Source: Gammaproteobacteria bacterium (GTDB lineage: Bacteria; Pseudomonadota; Gammaproteobacteria; Pseudomonadales; JANQJO01). Taken from it: a DNA stretch of 64,000 nt. The notes beneath the pieces are model-generated. The model was not told the origin of the DNA. It ran no database searches and saw nothing but the letters and a program-made list of their open reading frames with translations. Shown in pieces: positions 59,958 to 64,000 of this stretch (the first letter of the stretch is position 1; every line of letters starts with the position of its first letter). The stretch spans positions 49,014 to 113,013 of the forward strand of contig JANNXD010000056.1 of assembly GCA_031409375.1 (NCBI GenBank), written 5' to 3'. The translations under genes and the position numbers were made by a program.

Positions 59958-60031
59958 AGCGAGGCGGCTGTTTTGGTTGGAAGATATAAGTCTTCTGGTA
60001 ATGGCCTGGTTTTGAAGCGTCAGGTTTTTGA

Positions 60032-60267
60032 TTGCTTCTATGTCGTGAATGTGCTATAAATCCTGCGCTTTTTTCTCTGGCAAATTGCTTTGAGTCTGAG
60101 TAAAACCGGCAATACAATCACTCACACCGACTAAAACTTGCTTTCGGGTGCTCGTGCGATGTCATGTTAATGCCAATGTTTTTTATATGGTGATTGGTGA
60201 TTAATGTGCAAACGCGAGTGGGATGCAGGGGTCAGGTGGAGGCTTAACCCAACTGGAGTATCGTTAG
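60032..60267 (+). promoter_or_regulatory. Putative rpsB promoter (extended -10) plus about 200-nt 5' leader
   Basis: TTGCTT (60032-37), 17-nt spacer, TGc-TATAAA (60052-60), resembling the E. coli rpsB extended -10. A long leader precedes rpsB, as in gammaproteobacteria where S2 autoregulates through the leader. The fold was not verified. Confidence 0.45.
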
Positions 60268-61101
60268 ATGGCTGTTGAAGCTACTGTTGCAACACCTGCG
60301 GAATTTGCCGCAGCAAAACCCAAAGTTACCATGCGTGACATGTTAAAGGCTGGTGTACATTTTGGTCACCAAACGCGTTATTGGAATCCTAAAATGGAGT
60401 CCTATATCTACGGCGCACGTAAACGCATTCATATTATCAATTTGGAAAAAAGCTTACCGTTGTTTAATGACGCGTTAACCTTCGTCAATGGCGTGGCTTC
60501 CAAGAAAAACCGTATTTTATTTGTTGGTACAAAGCGCGCTGCTTCTAAAATTATTAAAGAGCAAGCGATACGTTGCGGCATGCCGTTTGTTAATCATCGT
60601 TGGCTCGGTGGTATGTTGACCAATTGGAAAACTATTCGTCAATCGATTCGTCGCTTGAAAGCACTTGAGATTGAAAGCACTGATGGTACTTTCAATAAGC
60701 TCACCAAAAAAGAAGCCTTGCTGCGTACGCGTGAAATGGAAAAACTTGAGCGTAGTATTGGTGGTATAAAAGAAATGGGCGGCATCCCTGATGCGCTGTT
60801 TGTCGTCGATGTTGATCATGAGCGTATTGCGATTATCGAAGCTAACAAGTTGGGTATTCCGGTTATTGCTGTAGTCGATACCAACAGCAACCCCGATGGC
60901 GTGGATTATGTGATTCCAGGGAATGACGATGCATTGCGTGCGGTTGAGCTTTATGTTGCGGGTATTGCGGATGCTTGTTTGGCAGGTCGGCAGTATGCTG
61001 ATATGCAAGGTATTTCGCGCGCCAACGATTTTGTTGAGGTGGATGAAGTGCCAACGCCGATCAAATCCAGTTTAATTCCAAAATCGGATGATGCTGATTA
61101 A
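60268..61101 (+). CDS. rpsB: 30S ribosomal protein S2
   Basis: [22 protein letters not shown] signature; 277 aa. Confidence 0.96.
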   Translation: MAVEATVATPAEFAAAKPKVTMRDMLKAGVHFGHQTRYWNPKMESYIYGARKRIHIINLEKSLPLFNDALTFVNGVASKKNRILFVGTKRAASKIIKEQAIRCGMPFVNHRWLGGMLTNWKTIRQSIRRLKALEIESTDGTFNKLTKKEALLRTREMEKLERSIGGIKEMGGIPDALFVVDVDHERIAIIEANKLGIPVIAVVDTNSNPDGVDYVIPGNDDALRAVELYVAGIADACLAGRQYADMQGISRANDFVEVDEVPTPIKSSLIPKSDDAD

Positions 61102-61210
61102 AGCGGATCAACCGTCAAGCTACTAACCTACTCTATAAAATTGGTACATTCCCTCCTCTGACAAGGGGAGGGTTAGGGTGGGGTCAAATTGATTATGAAG
61201 AGAGAAGGTT

Positions 61211-62077
61211 ATGGCAATTACAGCTGATCAAGTAAAAGAATTGCGTGAACGTACAGGCCTAGGCATGATGGAATGCAAAAAAGCCTTGGTGGAAACGAGC
61301 GGTGATATTGAGTTAGCGATTGATAATCTGCGCAAATCGGGTGCCGCCAAAGCGGATAAAAAATCTGGACGTATTGCGGCGGAAGGCGTGGTATTTGCCA
61401 AGGTATCAGGTAAGCGTGCCGTGTTGGTTGAGGTTAATAGTGAAACCGATTTTGTGGCGCGTAGCGATGATTTTCTTACCTTCGTAGCCAGCTTAGCTAC
61501 ACAAATTGAAGATAAAAAAACCGCAAACGTTGCTGATTTACTGGCGTCAACCTTGGCCTCTGGCAATACCGTGGACCAAGCTCGTCAAGCTTTGGTGCAA
61601 AAAATTGGTGAGAACGTGCAGGTGCGTCGTTTCCAATGCATTGAAGGCGAACGTGTGGTTGATTATGTGCATAACCAAAAAATTGGTGTGTTGGTTGCGT
61701 TAACCGGTGGTGATGTTGCGCTGGGTAAAGATATTGCTATGCATATCGCGGCTACCAATCCTTTGGTGGTCAGTCCTGATCAAGTACCGGAAGCCGCGCG
61801 TTTGAAAGAAAAAGAAATTTTCACCGCGCAAGCCAAAGAAAGCGGTAAGCCTGATGACATTATTGCCAAAATGATTGAGGGGCGTATCCGTAAATTTGAA
61901 TCTGAAGTGAGTTTGGTTGAGCAGCCTTTTGTCAAAAATCCAGAGCAAACCATTAAGTCGTTATTAAAAGCGGCCAATGTTAATGTTATTGCTTTTGTGC
62001 GTTATGAGGTGGGTGAGGGCATCGAAAAAGTGCAAACCGACTTTGCTGCTGAAGTCATGGCGGCCGCCAAAGGTTAA
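61211..62077 (+). CDS. tsf: Elongation factor Ts
   Basis: VKELRERTGLGMMECKKAL UBA-like N-terminus; 288 aa. Confidence 0.96.
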   Translation: MAITADQVKELRERTGLGMMECKKALVETSGDIELAIDNLRKSGAAKADKKSGRIAAEGVVFAKVSGKRAVLVEVNSETDFVARSDDFLTFVASLATQIEDKKTANVADLLASTLASGNTVDQARQALVQKIGENVQVRRFQCIEGERVVDYVHNQKIGVLVALTGGDVALGKDIAMHIAATNPLVVSPDQVPEAARLKEKEIFTAQAKESGKPDDIIAKMIEGRIRKFESEVSLVEQPFVKNPEQTIKSLLKAANVNVIAFVRYEVGEGIEKVQTDFAAEVMAAAKG

Positions 62078-62097
62078 TCATTGCGATTGTTTATTTA

Positions 62098-62123
62098 AGG
62101 GGCCGAAAACGGCCCCTTTTTTT
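62098..62123 (+). terminator. Intrinsic terminator after tsf
   Basis: AGGGGCCG / CGGCCCCT 8-bp stem, AAAA loop, then T6. Confidence 0.85.
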
Positions 62124-62174
62124 AACCGTTGCTTTAATGGAAATTGTGCAGGTTAAAAGAAAAGGAATCCATCT

Positions 62175-62900
62175 ATGCAGGAATCATCGCGGCAGCCTAA
62201 ATATAAACGTATTTTGTTAAAGCTCAGTGGTGAAGCGCTGACAGGTGAAGAAGGGTTTGGTATTGACCCGAAAGTGTTGGATCGTATGGCGCTGGAAATT
62301 GGTCAGTTGATTGGCATCGGCGTGCAGATTGGTTTGGTGATTGGCGGCGGCAATTTATTTCGCGGTGCTGCCTTGCAAGCGGCTGGTCTTGATCGCGTGG
62401 TAGGTGATCATATGGGCATGTTGGCGACGGTGATGAATGGTTTGGCCATGCGCGATGCTTTGGTGCGCTCAAACATCACTACGCGGTTAATGTCAGCGAT
62501 TCCGATGAGTGGCATTGCTGAACCTTATGATCGATTAAAAGCGATGCGCGCCTTGGGTAAAGGTGATGTGGTAATTTTTAGTGCCGGTACCGGCAATCCA
62601 TTTTTTACTACTGATTCAGCAGCTTGCTTGCGCGCGATTGAAGTCAATGCTGATCTGGTGTTAAAAGCCACGAAAGTGGATGGTGTTTTTACTGCCGATC
62701 CGCATAAAGATCCGACGGCGACGCGTTATAGTCGTTTATCGTTTGATGAAGTCTTGGCAAAAAAATTGGCGGTCATGGATTCTACCGCGATTTGTTTGTG
62801 TCGAGACTATGATATGCCGATTCGGGTGTTTAATATGATGGCCAAAGGTGATCTGCTGGAACTGATGGTTGGCGGTGAACGCGGCACCTTGATTACCTAA
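62175..62900 (+). CDS. pyrH: UMP kinase
   Basis: [13 protein letters not shown] and [10 protein letters not shown] motifs; 241 aa. Confidence 0.95.
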   Translation: MQESSRQPKYKRILLKLSGEALTGEEGFGIDPKVLDRMALEIGQLIGIGVQIGLVIGGGNLFRGAALQAAGLDRVVGDHMGMLATVMNGLAMRDALVRSNITTRLMSAIPMSGIAEPYDRLKAMRALGKGDVVIFSAGTGNPFFTTDSAACLRAIEVNADLVLKATKVDGVFTADPHKDPTATRYSRLSFDEVLAKKLAVMDSTAICLCRDYDMPIRVFNMMAKGDLLELMVGGERGTLIT

Positions 62901-62988
62901 GCGGGTGTTAAGCAGTATGTAGGGGCGAATGATTGTTCGCCCAAGCGCGCTTGCTATGAACAGGGCGTATTTTAAGAAGAGGTTCCTT

Positions 62989-63546
62989 GTGATTGAAGAT
63001 CTGAAAAAAGATGTCAACGAGCGGATGCAAAAAGCGTTAGACGCGTTGCAAAATGCGTTAGCAAGAGTGCGCACGGGTCGCGCGCATCCGAGTTTATTGG
63101 ATGGGGTGATGGTGAGTTATTACGGCTCGCCAACCCAAATTAATCAACTGGCACAAATTGGCGTGGAAGATGGACGAACGCTTACTGTGCGCCCTTTTGA
63201 GCGCTCGATCGCACCGGACATCGATAAAGCGATTCGTGCGGCGGGCTTGGGTTTAAATCCAGCGTCCTCAGGTGATCTGATTCGGATTCCGATGCCAGCA
63301 CTGACCGAAGAAACGCGGCGAAATATGATTAAAATTGTTAAACAAGAAGCTGAGCATGCACGGATTTCTCTGAGAAATATTCGTCGTGATGCCAATGCTG
63401 AGCTGAAAGAATTTTTGAAAGAAAAGGAAATCAATGAGGATCAAGAGCGCCAAGGCGAAGAGATGGTGCAAAAGCTGACGGATCAGTTTGTCGCAAAAAT
63501 TGCCAGCATGGGTGAGAAAAAAGAAGCCGAGCTGCTGGAAATCTAA
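62989..63546 (+). CDS. frr: Ribosome recycling factor
   Basis: VIEDLKKDVNERMQKALDAL... The GTG at 62989 with AAGAGG upstream gives the canonical 185 aa; the track ORF opens at 62929. Confidence 0.92.
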   Translation: MIEDLKKDVNERMQKALDALQNALARVRTGRAHPSLLDGVMVSYYGSPTQINQLAQIGVEDGRTLTVRPFERSIAPDIDKAIRAAGLGLNPASSGDLIRIPMPALTEETRRNMIKIVKQEAEHARISLRNIRRDANAELKEFLKEKEINEDQERQGEEMVQKLTDQFVAKIASMGEKKEAELLEI

Positions 63547-64000
63547 ATGAAAACGCGTGCTGCTGAAAGTGATGCGGGTTTATCAGTTGATGAGGGTATA
63601 TCTAATAACCCTGCGCCCGATAACCCTGCGCCCGATGTCTCGGCACCCGATGTCTCGGTGCATGCCGTAGTACCCCGTCATGTCGCGATCATTATGGATG
63701 GTAATAATCGCTGGGCACGTCAACAGGGTTTGTTGGGTGCGGAAGGGCATCGTGCAGGCGGTAAGCAGCTGCGAAATATCGTTAAAGCCGCATTACGCCA
63801 AAACATAGCGGTGCTGACGGTGTTTGCTTTTAGCAGTGAAAATTGGCGCAGGCCGCCACAGGAAGTGCAAGCGCTGATGACGCTATTTATTGAATCGCTG
63901 GATCGTGAAGTGCCAAAACTGCATGAGCAAGCCATTGGCCTGCGTTTTATTGGTGATCTCAGCGCCTTTAGTGAGGCATTGCAAACCCGGATGGTGGCGG
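63547..64000 (+). CDS. uppS: Undecaprenyl-diphosphate synthase, 5' part; the gene runs off the right edge
   Basis: Manual translation gives ...PRHVAIIMDGNNRWARQQG...AFSSENWRRP. ATG 63547 abuts the frr stop (TAAATG); an alternative GTG lies at 63658. Not in the ORF track because it is open-ended. Confidence 0.88.
   Translation, partial: MKTRAAESDAGLSVDEGISNNPAPDNPAPDVSAPDVSVHAVVPRHVAIIMDGNNRWARQQGLLGAEGHRAGGKQLRNIVKAALRQNIAVLTVFAFSSENWRRPPQEVQALMTLFIESLDREVPKLHEQAIGLRFIGDLSAFSEALQTRMVA
63606..63658 (+). repeat. 15-nt tandem repeat (about 3.5 units) at the 5' end of uppS
   Basis: TAACCCTGCGCCCGA twice (63606-20 and 63621-35), then TGTCTCGGCACCCGA (63636-50) plus the partial TGTCTCGG. If translated it encodes NPAPD-NPAPD-VSAPD-VS. 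Confidence 0.85.

Noticed and set aside
60517-61008. 163-aa minus-strand ORF inside rpsB
   Set aside because: It is antisense to the unmistakable S2 gene and has no recognisable domain. The same reasoning applies to the many 60-135-aa antisense or off-frame ORFs inside uvrA, gyrA, copA, the MFS gene, tsf, frr and others.
1-64000. Looked for CRISPR arrays, tRNA/rRNA/tmRNA/RNase P/6S/SRP RNAs, IS elements, integrases, prophage genes, toxin-antitoxin pairs and known defence systems
   Set aside because: I found no periodic repeat-spacer structure, no tRNA-like cloverleaf in the intergenic regions longer than 200 bp, and no transposase, integrase or phage-like ORF. The ATGTAGCTGG motif resembles part of the 4.5S RNA 3' region, but the conserved GGAA-tetraloop helix-8 sequence is absent.

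Overview
The window looks like a core chromosomal segment of a moderate-GC gammaproteobacterium; the taxon is inferred only from synteny blocks and protein signatures. Almost all of it is housekeeping: fabZ-lpxA-lpxB-rnhB, uvrA, hemE, gyrA-serC-pheA, tmk-holB-pilZ, nadA, a biotin ligase, a DAHP synthase, holA-lptE, rplU-rpmA-obg-proB and rpsB-tsf-pyrH-frr-uppS. Accessory content is (i) an 11-gene type II secretion block, gspEFGHIJKLM plus exeA/exeB, with no gspC/D/N/O; (ii) a compact TlpA-like thioredoxin / DUF4266 lipoprotein / DUF3570 beta-barrel / ApbE module; (iii) an OmpR-type two-component pair; (iv) a co-oriented island of small general-stress and envelope genes; (v) a Cu(I) P-type ATPase. 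I found no rRNA, tRNA, CRISPR array, transposase, integrase or phage gene. The best candidate for a poorly understood system is the ApbE-linked module at 18.9-22.0 kb: its DUF3570 protein carries two [ST]GA[ST] flavinylation-type motifs, while the ApbE itself has no recognisable export signal. Secondary oddities:
- A roughly 1 kb decayed zone at 8.95-10.1 kb, with a frameshifted MFS 3' end, a frameshifted and truncated AlbA_2/Schlafen-type remnant, and a 167-bp element with perfect 20-bp terminal inverted repeats.
- A promoter-plus-terminator unit upstream of the DAHP synthase gene, which could be an sRNA or an attenuator.
- A strong terminator oriented against the stress-gene cluster.
- An orphan Ser/Asn/Pro-rich repeat protein sitting where leuS is normally found.
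- A 15-nt in-frame tandem repeat at the 5' end of uppS.
All family assignments come from reading motifs by eye; no searches were run.
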